DNA of 64,000 bases from Octopus sinensis (GCF_006345805.1 NC_042999.1:2108001-2172000), one strand, 5' to 3'; counted from the stretch's first letter, positions 1 through 13,343 are shown. Numbers and translations are program-made. The notes: a model not told the origin generated them from the sequence alone.

Positions 1-371
1 CTTCTTTACAGTTTTCATCAACCAAATCCACTCACAAGATTTAGTCAGTCTGAGGTTATAGTAGAAGACACTTGACCAAGGTGCCACACAGTGGGACTGG
101 ACCTGGAACAATGTGGTCGGGAGGCAAGCTTCTTACCACACAGCCACACCTACACCTATATACAATGAGCTTCTTTCAGTTTCTGTCTACCAACTCCAAG
201 GTGTTTCACAGTGGGACTGGACCTAGAACTATGTGGTTCAGAAGTAAGCTTCTTACTACACCGTCACACCTGCACCTATATACAATGAGCTTCTTTCAGT
301 TTCCATCTACTAAATCGAAGGTGCCACACAGTGGGATTGAACCCAGAATCACGTGGTTCGGATATAAGCTT
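1..371 (-). mobile_element. SINE-A (tRNA-headed) 5' fragments, about three tandem ~120-bp copies
   Basis: Repeated aaggtgccacacagtgggact..aagcttcttaccacacagcc, the reverse complement of the A-box/B-box head TGGCTGTGTGGTA..GGTTCAGTCCC seen in full copies at 11707, 43865 and 55896. Confidence 0.75.
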
Positions 372-606
372 CTTATTTCTTTACTGCCCACAAGGGGCTA
401 CACACAGAGGGGACAAACAAGGACAGACAAACGGATTAAGTCGATTATATCGACCCCAGTGCGTAACTGGTACTTATTTAATCGACCCTGAAAGGATGAA
501 AGGCAAAGTCAGCCTCGCCGGAATTTGAACTCGGAATGTAGCGGCAGACAAAATACCACTAAGCATTTTGCCTGGCATGCTAGCGTTTCTGCCAGCTCGT
601 CGCCTT
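372..606 (-). mobile_element. SINE-B, near full length
   Basis: Reverse complement of ggcgacgagctggcagaaacgctagc..gagttcaaattcc..gcctttcatcctttc..taagtaccagttacgcactggggtcgat..ccccttgtgggcagtaaagaaata; more than 10 copies in the window. Confidence 0.85.
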
Positions 607-611
607 TTTGG

Positions 612-762
612 AAATAAGATTCTTACCACACAGCCACCCCTGCACCTATATATAGAATGAGCTTTTTTCAGTTTCCGTCTCCTAAATCGAAGGTGCCACA
701 CAGTGGGACTGAACCCAGAACTATGTGGTTGAGAAGCAAGCTTTTTACCACACAGCCATGTC
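612..762 (-). mobile_element. SINE-A head fragments
   Basis: Same motif as 1-371; continues the array interrupted by SINE-B. Confidence 0.7.
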
Positions 763-1444
763 TACAACTAAGTAAGCAGTAAAGTTTGCTCGAGACATAT
801 GTATCGCTAGTGCTGTCTGCATGCATCTCATCATCTTAGCATCATTTTAAGAAGCCAAAAATACTTTGTGAAAGTTTAAACTTGGAGATAACAGACAAAG
901 AAGGCTAGAACTCTCCTTCTAAGAATACATTTGTGTCTGTCTGCATTTTAAGGATGTCCATAATTGTGACTAACGAAATTTGCAACGTCTTCTTGTAATC
1001 TACTTCCTGTAATCTACTTCCTGTTACTAGCTATTTGACTTCATAACGCATTATGCTCGCCCACATCATATGCACTCACAAAATATATACATGTCTGAAA
1101 CTGTGTGTATATGTGTATGTATGTAGATATATATGTGAGGGTAAATATAGGAGGAACTGGTTTATATTTGTACTCTTTCAATCGTCATTATCATCATCAG
1201 CATCACCTCTGGCTTTGATTCTGAGTTTGGTTTGTATGCGTTTAAAGAAATCAAAGAAGTGTGCTTGTGATTGGACTGAAATAAAACTAAGACAAACAAA
1301 ATAAAACAACATATATATATATATATATTTATATTATATATTTATATGCGTGTATATGTTCACATATATCCTTGTGTGTATATAGAGATATATAAGTATA
1401 TATATATATATGTATGTATGTATATATATATGTATATATGTGTG

Positions 1445-1515
<71 letters not shown>

Positions 1516-2010
1516 GTGTATATATATATATATATATGTGTGTTTATATATATATATATATATATATTGGTAAAAACGGTAAGACAACAAAAGAAAAATA
1601 TATATATACATATATATGTATATATATAGATATATATACATATATATGTATATATATGTGTATATATATACATGAACTTTTTCTATCGAGTTCTGATCCT
1701 GACAAATGTTCAATACTATAATTCAATATAAAGCTTTAATTTAATTTTTCTAAGATTTGAATTAACTGATTGGACATGGAAACAATAGTAGGCTCTATGA
1801 GTTTGTGATATTGACCGAAATTGGATTTGTTTCAATACATTGATGCCTATATGTCAATTTCTCCATTTTCTTCTTTTTCTTTTATATATGTATATATATA
1901 TATGTATGTGTGTATTATATATATATATACACAATATATATATATACAATATATATATGTGAATATATATATATGTATATATATACATGTGAATATATAT
2001 ATATGTGTGT

Positions 2011-2050
<40 letters not shown>

Positions 2051-2129
2051 TGACAATATATATATATATATGAATATAATAATAATAATAATAATAATAA
2101 TATAATAATCATAATCATAATCATAATCC

Positions 2130-2965
2130 AATCAAAACAAATCAAAAAGATGAGAACTCAATGGAATTTGTATCTTTGTGGTACCATGCCGGTGGCACAC
2201 AAGAAAACCATCCGAACGTGGTGGTAGCCAGTACCACATCGACTGGCCTCCGTGCTGTGGGCACGTAACAAACACCATCCGATCGTGGCCGTTCGCCAGC
2301 CTCATCTGGCACCTGTGTTGGTGGCACATAAAAACACCATCCAAAGACCCGGCAAGACTAGTCAGGCCATAACCCGTGGCCCCTACCTGGGACGTAGTCA
2401 GTCTACCTGTGCATACCTTCCTTCTTATGACACTTGTGAAGACCTGTTGAGGCAAGTATGTGACACTTGTGAAGACCTGTTGAGGCAAGTGAAAATCAAA
2501 CCAAATCAAAATAGATGAACATCAATGGAATTTGTATCTTTGTGGTACCAGTGCCGGTGGCACACAAGAAACCCATCCGAACGTGGCCGTAGCCAGTACC
2601 GCATCGACTGGCCTCCGTGCTGTGGGCACGTAACAAACCCCATCCGGGCACGTAACAAACACCATCCGATCGTGGCCGTTCGCCAGCTCCTCATCTGGCA
2701 CTTGTGTCGGTGGCACATAAAAACACCATCCGAGCGTGGCCGTTCGCCAGCCTCGTCTGGCACCTGTGTCGGTGGCACATAAAATCACCCACTACACTCT
2801 CGGAGTGTTTGGCGTTAGGAAGGACATCCAGCTGTAGAAACACGCCAGATCTGACTGGCCTGGTGCAGCCTTCGGGCTCCCCAGACTCCAGTTGAACCGT
2901 CCAACCCATGCTAGCATGGAAAGCGGACGTTAAATGAGGATGATGATGATGATGATGATGATATA
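2130..2965 (+). mobile_element. SINE-C partial dimer with (GAT)n tail
   Basis: Head aatggaatttgtatctttgtggtacc occurs twice. Internal GGTGGCACATAAAAACACC modules. 3' end gagtg..ggcgttaggaaggacatccagctgtagaaa..catggaaagcggacgttaaa(tga)n. Confidence 0.85.
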
Positions 2966-3102
2966 TATATATATATGTGAATATATTTATATATATATAT
3001 TTATATGCGTGTATATGTTCACATATATCCTTGTGTGTATATAGAGATATATAAGTATATAGATATATATGTATGTATGTATATATATATGTAATATGTG
3101 TG

Positions 3103-3158
<56 letters not shown>

Positions 3159-3661
3159 ATGTATATAATATGTGTATATATATATATATATATGGTGTGG
3201 TATATATATATATATTATATTGGTAAAAACGGTAAGACAACAAAAGAAAATATATATATATACATATATATATGTATATATATAGAATATATACATATAT
3301 AGTATATATATGTGTATATATATACATGAACTTTTTCTATCGGTTCTGATCCTGACAAATGTTCATAACTATAATTCAATATAAAGCTAATTTAAATTTT
3401 TCTAAGTTGAATTAACTGATTGGACATGGAAACAATAGTAGGCTCTATGAGTTTGATATTGACCGAAATTGGATTTGTTTCAATACATTGATGCCTATAT
3501 GTCAATTTCTCCATTTTCTTCTTTTTCTTTTATATATGTATATATATATATGTATGTGTGTATATATATATATATATACACACATATATATATAACAAAT
3601 ATATATATGTGAATATATATATATGTATATATATACATGTGAATATATATATATATGTGTG

Positions 3662-3702
<41 letters not shown>

Positions 3703-3779
3703 CATGTGAAATATATATTATATATTGATAAATAATAATAATAATAATAATAATAATCATAATCATAATCATAATCAAA

Positions 3780-4613
3780 TCCAATCAAAACATCAAAATA
3801 GATGAACATCAATGGAATTTGTATCTTTGTGGTACCAATGCCGGTGGCACACAAGAAAACCATCCGAACGTGGTGGTAGCCAGTACCACATCGACTGGCC
3901 TCCGTGCTGTGGGCACGTAACAAACACCATCCGATCGTGGCCGTTCGCCAGCCTCATCTGGCACCTGTGTTGGTGGCACATAAAAACACCATCCAAAGAC
4001 CCGGCAAGACTAGTCAGGCCATAACCCGTGGCCCCTACCTGGGACGTAGTCAGTCTACCTGTGCATACCTTCCTTCTTATGACACTTGTGAAGACCTGTT
4101 GAGGCAAGTATGTTGACACTTGTGAAGACCTGTTGAGGCAAGTGAAAATCAAACCAAATCAAAATAGATGAACATCAATGGAATTTGTATCTTTGTGGTA
4201 CAGTGCCGGTGGCACACAAGAAAACCATCCGAACGTGGCCGTAGCCAGTACCGCATCGACTGGCCTCCGTGCTGTGGGCACGTAACAAACACCATCCGGG
4301 CACGTAACAAACACCATCCGATCGTGGCCGTCGCCAGCCTCATCTGGCACTTGTGTCGGTGGCACATAAAAACACCATCCGAGCGTGGCCGTTCGCCAGC
4401 CTCGTCTGGCACCTGTCGGTCGTTGGCACATAAAATCACCCACTACACTCTCGGAGTGGTTGGCGTTAGGAAGGACATCCAGCTGTAGAAACACTGCCAG
4501 ATCTGACTGGCCTGGTGCAGCCTTCGGGCTCCCCAGACTCCAGTTGAACCGTCCAAACCATGCTAGCATGGAAAGCGGACGTTAAATGAGGATGATGATG
4601 ATGATGATGATGA
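3780..4613 (+). mobile_element. SINE-C partial dimer (duplicate of 2130-2965)
   Basis: Near-identical to 2130-2965. Confidence 0.85.
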
Positions 4614-4639
4614 TATATATATATATATGTGAATATATT

Positions 4640-4673
<34 letters not shown>

Positions 4674-5504
4674 TATATGTATATAAATATAAATGTGTGT
4701 GTATCATCATCATACATAAACATATATAAATATATATACATGCATATATTTATAAGTGGGTGTATGGACATATGTATGTGTGTATATAAACCAAAAGTTA
4801 CGATGAATAATGGAATGCAAAGATGAAAGCATGTGAGTGAAAAACTAAAGGAGGAATGGCTAGTTGAATCAAAAAAATTGGATGAAGAAGAACAGAAGAG
4901 AAAATTTAACAAAGTACAAAATACAAGCTGTTGAAAATAAAGTTGGATAAATTAAGGAAAAAAAGGGTTTTTTTTAAAATATCAATCAGCAAACAAACAA
5001 ATATAATTTTTAAAAAATGTAAGGGCAGGTTTGAAAAAGAGAACGAATTCTAAAAAAATTGCTCCGAGTTAAGAAGTGGCATGATAGAAGAAGAAGAAGA
5101 AGAAAGGAAGACAAAAAGGGAGAAAATGAAGAAAAAATAAATCAGTAGATTACATTTGCTTTGATGAAAGAGTTTTGAAAGAATTTAATCAAATGATTTG
5201 ATTCATTTTAACGAAGTTGATTTATTCATTGCACTGGCTGCCAGATAAATTTACAAATTCTTCTGTTGGTTTCGCACTATTGTTGTCTATATATGTATAT
5301 TCATATATATATATATATATAAATAAATATATAAAATATTATATATATATATATTATATAACATATGTATATGTATGCATGTATAGTATGCATGTATATA
5401 TATATATACAATATATATACATATGTATTTATATGTATATATATATATGTATGTATATATATATATATATATACATATATATAAATATATATATATATAT
5501 ATAT

Positions 5505-5648
5505 CATCATCATCATCATCATCATTTAACGTCCGCTTTCCATGCTAGCATGGGTTGGACGGTTCAACTGGGGTCTGGGGAGCTCGAAAGCTGCACCAGT
5601 CCAGTCAGATCTGGCAGTGTTCTACAGCTGGATCCCTTCCTAACGCCA
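5505..5648 (-). mobile_element. SINE-C 3' fragment
   Basis: (CAT)n-ttaacgtccgctttccatgctagcatggg..cagctggatcccttcctaacgcca. Confidence 0.8.
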
Positions 5649-6228
5649 TATATATATATAAATATATATTATAATATATATATATATTATTATATATATA
5701 TATACATGTATATATCTGGATGCAAAAGTATGTATATATCTATAGATATATACATACTTTTGATAGATAGATAGATAGATGCATACATACATACATACGT
5801 ACATATATATGTATATGTGTATGTGGGGGTGTAAACATACATATATATATATATATATATTTGTATTTCATTTAACCATATTTGTGTGTGTGAAATAAAG
5901 TTACTAAATAAAATAAAAATCTAGAAAAATAATAGTGACTATGGTGTAGGACTACAAAATAGAAGGAATTCTTTATTTTTCTAAATAAAAAGATGATAAG
6001 TTTAAAGATAGGAGAATCAATGATTTGGAATTTTTTGCGGAGGTTGAAATGGTTTTGATGTTTAACTATCGACAGCTCAGTCTGTCTAACAAAGAACAGG
6101 ATCCACAATACGAGAGATAAGTGAGAGATTAGTGGAAGATCTAAAGTGAGAAGTACATCACACACTGTAGGTGAAGCTGAGGCAGAGTGTGATCATAGTA
6201 TTCAGTACATATATATTTGTCTCCATCA

Positions 6229-6612
6229 TCATCATCATCATCGTCGTCGTTTAACGTCCGTTTTCCATGCTGGCATGGGTTGGACGGTCTGACTGAGGAC
6301 TGGTGAGCCAGAAAGCTGCACCAGGCTCCAATCTGATCTGGTAAAGTTTCTACGGCTGGATGCCCTTCCTAATACCAACCACTCCGATAGTGTAGTGGGT
6401 GCTTTTACGTACCACCAGCATGAGGGCCAGTGAGGTGGTACTGACAACGGCTATGCTCAAAAGGTGTTTTTTAGGTGCTATCTGCATGGGAGCCAGTCTG
6501 GCAGCACTGGCAATGACCATACTCAAATGGTGTTTTTCACATGCCAGTAAGGCGACACTCGAATGGTGTTTTTTACGTGCCACCAGCATGGGTGCCAGTC
6601 AGCATCCCTGGC
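6229..6612 (-). mobile_element. SINE-C
   Basis: (CAT)n tail, conserved 3' block and three internal ggtgttttt..gtgccacc modules. Confidence 0.8.
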
Positions 6613-6614
6613 AA

Positions 6615-7514
6615 TGGGATGGTGCTTTTAACTTTCTTAAACAGCCCTGTTGAGTCGTTCCATCTGTTGAACATAGAGTTCCGCATGGACCGTTTGGTTC
6701 TGTTCAAGCAATTCGTAATGGATAATCTCTTCCCAGTCCCACCATATGCACAACATCGTTTTACATGAATAAAGATCTTGTTTCACGCACGGTCTCGCTT
6801 GTTTGCCAGTACTAAGCCATTCCTTACACTGCTTCATATTGATGTACACACACCATTTTTTATCGCCAGTAACAATTCGGTAAAGAAATCATTGCTTGTG
6901 TCCATGAGTTGAGCGGTGATGAGCAAGCAAACCAGTGGAGATTATGGCTTGTTGATTTTTGTTGTTGTCACTTAAAGCATGTGGAACCCATGCTTCATAC
7001 TTCTGAAACTTTCCCATTGAGTAAAGATGCTTCTCTATAGCAGTGTACAAGCATTCTTTTTTCTCTTCCAGTTCCCTTGTCATTTGACAAGAATCTTCGT
7101 GCTAAAGTTGGTTTAATCGCTCTTCATCGAACTCGAGTGGACGGCCAGAACGAGGTGCATCTTTGAGGTCAAAATTTCCATATTTGAACTTGGCATACCA
7201 ATCATGAGTGGTTCTTTCAGCTATGGCACCCTCTCCATATACAACACAAATGTTAAGAGCAACTTTTGTGGCCTTTGAACCTTGATTAAAAGCAAAAAGG
7301 AGGAGGTGTCGAAAAGGCTCGTTTTTCTTAACTTGACATTTTAATGTTGTGAAAATAAACTAAAATTAACTAAAATTAACTAGAAAAAAAAAAACTAAAA
7401 TAGATTCCAAATTGATTCAAAAATAGAATTCTCAAAAAAAGTAGATTTCAAAATTTAAAAACACAATAAATTCCAAAATTTAAAAAAACACCAGGAACTT
7501 AGTTGCCAACCCAA
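6615..7514 (-). mobile_element. Mariner transposon relic, 3'-truncated
   Basis: Minus-strand translation gives EAWVPHALS, FLYRIVTGDKKWCVYIN (first catalytic D) and MLCIWWDWEEIIHYELL. Terminal inverted repeat TA|TTGGGTTGGCAACTAAGTTCCTGG at 7514. Stops and frameshifts present. Confidence 0.9.
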
Positions 7515-8089
7515 TATATAAGCAGAATGAAGAATGAAGAGTTATACATCATAATTGATTAATATAACTTGGATTAGATGCACAGAACAGTCACATGTAA
7601 GGATCCTAACACAGCAAACACGTGTGTTGGGATTTGATATTTGTCTTACCTTTTACTTGTTTCAGTCATTCAACTGTGCCCATACTGGGGCACCACTTTG
7701 AAGTATTTTTAATTGAAGGAAGCGGTTCCAGTGTTTATTGTTTTAAAGCCTCGTTCTTGTTCTATCCGTTTCTTTTGCTGAACTGATAATTTTCCATTTG
7801 TTAAATTTATTCAGAAGGAGGAATTTCAACCGTGTTTTGTGGTCTGCTACCACAACAGCTCCTTTATAGGATCCAGTTAGCTCAAGACATCATCAGGAGG
7901 AACCACGTCCAGTTTCGGCCCCACCTTTCCGAGGTGTCTTCAGTGCTGGTGTTGGATGCATGTCTTCTTTCTTCTTCTTTCTTCTGTTCCCTGGCCTCTT
8001 CGATGCAGTGTCAATGAGTATCAGTGGGCGACTGACTGTCTTATCAAATTTCCAAATTGCCACCTAACATATTATATTTGCTAACTACA

Positions 8090-8345
8090 AACCAGTGCTG
8101 GTTCCATATAAAAAGCATCCATGCTAGTACCACACTAAAAGCCCGTGTGCTGTTGACATTTAAAAGTACCTGTGGTGGTGCCAATTAAACAGCGCTCATG
8201 CTGGTTCCACATAGAAGAAAAAAATACCTCTGTTGTTGCCATGTAAATACCACTTGTGCTGGTGCCATATATAACGCAACCATGCTGGTGCCACATGAAA
8301 AGCACCGAGTACACTTTGTAAAGTGGCAGGCATTAGGTTGTGCAT
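8090..8345 (+). repeat. Array of about seven diverged ~30-bp SINE-C internal modules
   Basis: Recurrent tgctggtgccacatgaaaagcacc-like units ending in the SINE-C ..agtggcaggcattagg segment. Confidence 0.6.
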
Positions 8346-8348
8346 TAA

Positions 8349-8570
8349 AGGTGGCAAGTTGACAGAATCGTTAGAAATGCTTGACAGAAATGCTTACCGG
8401 TACGTTCTGAGTTCAAATTCCGTTGAGGTTGACTTTGCCTTTCATCCTTTCGGGGTCAATAAATTAAGTACCAGTTACGCACTGGGGTCGATATAATCGA
8501 CTTAATACCTTTGTTTGTCCTTGTTTGTCCCCTCTGTGTTTAGCCCCTTGTGGGCAGTAAAGAAATAGGT
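8349..8570 (+). mobile_element. SINE-B
   Basis: ggtggcaagttgacagaatcgttag..gagttcaaattcc..cctttcatcctttcggggtc..gccccttgtgggcagtaaagaaatagg. Confidence 0.85.
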
Positions 8571-9440
8571 AGAGCATCAGACCTTGGAAAGCTTGCCAAA
8601 TCAGACAACTGGAACCTGGTGCAGTCTTCAGTTTGCCAGAGCCTATCAAACTGTCTGTCCTATACCAGCATGGAAAATGGACGTTAATGATGATGATGAT
8701 GATAATGATGATGATGATGATGATGATGGTGATGGTGATGGTGATGGTGATGGTGATGTGGAGGAGGAGGATGATGACAGCCATGACTCTACTAGTATGT
8801 GCGTGTGCAGGTGTGCATGTTTGTATATGCGTGTAAGTTACGTACATGTGTGTTTGTGTGTGTGCACGCTTGCATCTGCGTATGTCTTTATGTACTTGAC
8901 TCAACACTGCTGTTGTAATCATGCAATTCTCGCACATACACACGCACCACTCGTGCACACACACATACAGAAACCATCCACACAAGAAAAACCAAGGTTG
9001 TGATATTGATTACATAATGCACAGCACAAAATTTACAAAGTGCAGTGGATTTTGTTAGTAATTAGATCCAAAATGAAAGTTTTCCTAGTTAATTAAAAAT
9101 ATATCTAATGGTTGCTTATAATTCAATTGTAATTTACGTTCATGTTAATTTAATATGCCATTGACTGGGAATTTTACCTTTAAAAATTAAAATTTTAAAG
9201 CAGCTTATTGCCCAAATTAATAATAAGCTGTGTGCAGAAGCCGTTCTCAAAACAAGCATAATTTGTTACAGGTTGCCAAAACACATGTTTGTATAGACAT
9301 GCATATACATATATACATGTGTGTATGTGTGGTGTGCATGTGTGTGCATAAATAGATATATAATATATGTATATATATATATATATTCACCCATTTATGT
9401 GTGTGTGTGTGTGTCTGTATATATATACATACATGCATAT

Positions 9441-9472
<32 letters not shown>

Positions 9473-9574
9473 TCACATTTATATGTGTGTATGTATATGT
9501 GTCGATATACATATATGTATATACACACACATATATACATACTTATATAAACATATATATACATATATATTGTC

Positions 9575-9960
9575 ATTATCATCATCATCATCATCATCAT
9601 CTTCATCGTCGTCGCCGTCATCATCATCATCATCATCATCATTTTCATCATCTCATCATCTTCATCATTATCATCTTCATCATCATCATCTTCATCATTA
9701 TCATCTTCATCATTATCATATTCATCATCATCATCTTCATCATCATCATCCTTATCCTTTTCCATGCCGGCATTGGTTGGATGGTTGAACCGGAGCTGGC
9801 AAACAAGGGATCTGCACCAGGCTCCATTGTCTGATTAGGCATGGTTTCTACAGCTGGATGCCCTTCCTAACATCAAACACTTTACAGAGTGTAGTGGATG
9901 CTTTTGATGTGGCACTGGCACGAGCGTCACTGTGTGACACCAGCATGAGTTCTTTTCAAT
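9575..9960 (-). mobile_element. SINE-C with expanded (CAT)n tail
   Basis: ~170-bp degenerate (CAT)n followed by tttccatgccggcattgg..cagctggatgcccttcctaac. Confidence 0.75.
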
Positions 9961-10163
9961 TGGCACTGGCACAGGGCTCTCACAAGCCATTTCTCTTAAC
10001 ACAGCTTTGGTCAGCTTGGCACCATAATATAACACGCTTGCAGTGAAACTAATTTCAAAACTAAGTGGATGGAAAGTGCATGCATCAGGAAATAATAACT
10101 ATCTTTGAATTGTATTGCAAAATATATTTAGGGTCCTATGTTGTGCAAATATATATAAATTGA

Positions 10164-10380
10164 AAGGCAGTGAGCTGACAGAAATGTTAGCACACTGAGC
10201 AAAATACTTAGTGGTATTTCATCTATCTTTACATTCCGAGTTCCAATTCCACCAAGGTCGACTTTGCCTTTCGTCCTTTCGGAATTAATAAATTAAATAC
10301 CAGTTGCATACTGGGGTCAATCTAATCGACTGTCTCCCTCCCAAAAAATTTAGGGCTTTATGCCTAGAGTAGAAAAGAAT
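10164..10380 (+). mobile_element. SINE-B variant
   Basis: ggcagtgagctgacagaaatgttagcac..gcctttcgtcctttcgg..ctggggtcaatctaatcgac. Confidence 0.75.
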
Positions 10381-10570
10381 ATATATAAATTGAGATACTT
10401 AAGTATACACCCAAATCTGTATACTAGACAAATGTGCAGAAAGTTTGGCAGTACCATTATAGTTCCTATAAATCTAAACATGGGTATGGCAATTTGCAGG
10501 GGGCACAGCTGTGTGGTTAAGGAGTTTGCTTTGGAATGTTATTGCTTTGTGTTCCATCCCACTGTGTGGT

Positions 10571-10837
10571 ATAATATAATAATAATGAAATCATTGTATA
10601 CAGTGCTCAGGTGCTCCACAACTTGTCAGAAGTGCGTATAAAGCATATGCAGTAATGTACAAATGTCTGGGAAGTGAACAGTATATGAGTCAGATACATA
10701 CTTGCGTGTGTATGGAGGGGAGAAAATCAGGTGTAGTGTTGGCGAATCTCAGGCAGCGTGGAAGTTTTGAAGGATGCAGTGCTCCGACAACTAACAACTG
10801 ATGCTGGCCATTTGTTCCATGCTTCAGCAACTCTTAA
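10571..10837 (-). mobile_element. CR1/L2-type LINE 3' end inserted into a SINE-A relic
   Basis: Minus translation LRVAEAWNKWPASVVSCRSTASFKT matches the RV..WN.LP..VV.A.S...FK C-terminal pattern of CR1/L2 ORF2; (ATT)n tail. The SINE-A head (10500-10570) and body (10840-10935) flank it. Confidence 0.75.
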
Positions 10838-11021
10838 TGTATCTTAGACAAGTGTCTCTAGCTATAACTCCTGGCCAACTAAAGCCTTGTGAGAATATTT
10901 GGATGACAGAAATTCAACAGTAGATTGTTGTATACATACGTGTGTGTGTGTGTCAAATATGTTTATACATAAAAAGTTTATTCTTACACACAGCATTATA
11001 ATTATTCAACTTACAATAACA

Positions 11022-11480
11022 GGTGTGGCTGTGTGGTAAGAAGTTTGCTTCCCAAACACATGGTTCTAGGTTCAGTCCCACTGTGTGGCACCTTGGGCAA
11101 GTGTCTTCTACTATAGCCCCAGGCCAACCAAAGCCTTGCGAGTGGATTTAGTAGATGGAAACTGAAAGAAGTTCAAGCACCATTTGATCATGGATTGATG
11201 TTGGTACTGTGTGACTGGCTTCCCATGCTGGTGGCACATAAAAAGCATCTTGCAAATGTGGTCAATGCCAGTGCTGTCTGACTGGTTCCCATACCGGTGA
11301 CATGTAAGAAGCACCCACAACACTCTCAGAGTGGTTGGCATTTGGAAGGGCATTCAGCTGTAGAAACTTTGCCAGATCAGATTGGAGCCTGGTGCAGCCT
11401 CCTGAGTTCTCAAACCCCGGTCAAACCATCCAACACGTGCTAGCACAGAAAATGGGTGTTAAACGATAATGATGATGATA
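11022..11480 (+). mobile_element. Chimeric SINE-A head / SINE-C body
   Basis: A-type head to ..aactgaaagaag, then C-type modules and a gttaaacgataatgatgat tail. Confidence 0.7.
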
Positions 11481-11706
11481 ATATATAAGTGTGTGTGTGT
11501 GTACCTTTGTATATGTGTTTATCCTCATCCACCACTTGACAACCGGTGTTGGTGTGTTTACATCCCTGTAACTGAGCAGATATGTAAGAGACCCATAAAA
11601 TAAGTACAAGGTTTTTTTAAAAAAAAGTATCGGGGTTGATTCATCAAGGTGGAACCCCAGCATGGCCACAGTCTAATAACTGAAACAAGTAAAAAAATTT
11701 TTAAAT

Positions 11707-12165
11707 GAGTGGCTGTGTAGTAAGTAGCTTGTTTACCAACCACATGGTTCCGGGTTCAGTCCCACTGAGTGGCACCTTGGGCAAGTGTCTTCTACTATAG
11801 CCTTGGGTCGACCAAAGCCTTGTGAGTGGATTTGGTAGACAGAAACTGAAAGAAGCCCGTCGTATATATGTATATGTATATATATATATATTATATATAT
11901 ATATATATTATATATATATATATGTTGTGTGTTTGTGTGTGTATGTTTGTGTGTCTGTTTGTCCCCCCAACATCGCTTGACAACTGATGCTGGTGTGTTT
12001 ACATCCCCGTAAATCAGTGGTTCGGCAAAAGAGACTGATAGAATAAGTACTAGGCTTACAAAGAATAAGTCCTGGAATCGATTTGCTCGACTAAAAGCGG
12101 TGCTCCAGCATGGCCACAGTCAAATGACTGAAACAAGTAAAAGAGTAAAAACAGAGAGTAAAGAG
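11707..12165 (+). mobile_element. SINE-A, full length
   Basis: A box/B box head, internal (TA)/(TG) tract, 3' ..ccagcatggccacagtcaaatgactgaaacaagtaaaagag. Confidence 0.9.
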
Positions 12166-13310
12166 TATACACAAAAGTTTATTCTTACAGACAGCATGAT
12201 AAATATTCAATTTACAGTAACTAGAAATTTCCAAAATGGCTGACACAATTCTGCGTTTGAAAAGGAAACAAACATATTTTTCCTTTTCCAGTTTATAATT
12301 TTCCTTCTTAATGCTCGAACCATTCCCCTTTCACCTATAGACACGATCACATGGAGACTTCAATTCTAATTTTCTCTATAAATTTTGACAATCATAATAT
12401 TTTAGTTTGTTTAGTAATTTTATTATTGGCACAAATTGAATTTATATAGATTATTTCACCCTCACCAACACCAGATCTTTCTCTCTCTCTCACTCTCTGT
12501 ATCTCTCGTTGCTCCTCTCCATTTCTCTCTTTATATATATATATGTGTGTGTGTGTGTGTATATATATATTTATTTATATATTATGTCTTTTTCTCTTTC
12601 TGTCACTCTCTCTCTCTCCATGTTTTTTCTCTCTTTGTCTCTCCCTCTCTCGCTCTCTCTTTATGTCTCCCTCTCTGTCTATCTCTTTCTCTCTCCCTTG
12701 CTCTCCTCCTTTAACAAATGCTGCAACAAACTCAAGAAAATAAAACATCGTTATTTTTTATGTAAAATAATAAAATATGATCATAGCATATTAAATTCTT
12801 ACACAGGACCTGTCAACATATGGTACATATTCTCAAACAAATTTTTCGTTTTAAAATGAGATAGCTGTCACAAAATGATGCACAACTTTCAACTCAAAAA
12901 CAAAAAAAACAACCAAAAAAACAAAAAAATACATAAATATACAATACAACAAAAATACAAAGCCCACAAACAGAAACAACAAAAATTTACACAAAACTGG
13001 AAATTTTACTGTCATCACATTTTGAAAATAAGACAGAATAATGTCAGTAGAAAATGAGGTCTTTATTATAAGTTTAAGAGTTGGGGCAAGGGTGGGTTCT
13101 GTTCAATTTGGCGCTGACAGTTTATTAATTTTCTTGTTTTTGACTTAGTTTCGTTTTGTTTAATATCTAGGGTTAGGGATAAGATAAAGAAATATGCATG
13201 TGTGAGTGTGTGTGTATATATATATATGATAAATATGTATACATTTATATGCATACAAGTGCATGTGTGTATGCATATCTTCATCTGGGTATATATATAT
13301 ATTATATATA

Positions 13311-13343
<33 letters not shown>

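Larger units (their letters stand above)
1337..4660. repeat. Tandem duplication, two ~1.66-kb units (about 1337-2995 and 2996-4660)
   Basis: Both units start atatttatatgcgtgtatatgttcacatatatcc and share all unique segments, microsatellites and the SINE-C dimer in the same order. Confidence 0.9.

Noticed and set aside
2132-4585. GC-rich ORFs such as [20 protein letters not shown]
   Set aside because: They lie wholly inside SINE-C copies and shift frame between near-identical copies.
4780-6225. Purine-rich unique segments with lysine/glutamate-rich broken frames (possible LINE ORF1 relic)
   Set aside because: No diagnostic motif could be established by eye.
6285-6335. CTGAGGA-CTGG..CCAGAAAG in SINE-C
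   Set aside because: No stem I pairing, and the motif varies freely among SINE-C copies.
7880-7945. Minus-strand CTGAAGA..GAAAC motif
   Set aside because: Stem II does not close next to GAAA, and there is no NUH with a pairing stem I; at most an unrecognisably decayed HHR.
8090-8345. CRISPR-like repeat-spacer appearance of SINE-C modules
   Set aside because: Eukaryotic repeat context, degenerate repeats, irregular spacer lengths and no cas genes.
12700-13140. U-rich minus-strand stretch with AATAAA, resembling a 3' UTR
   Set aside because: No terminal coding exon could be linked to it.
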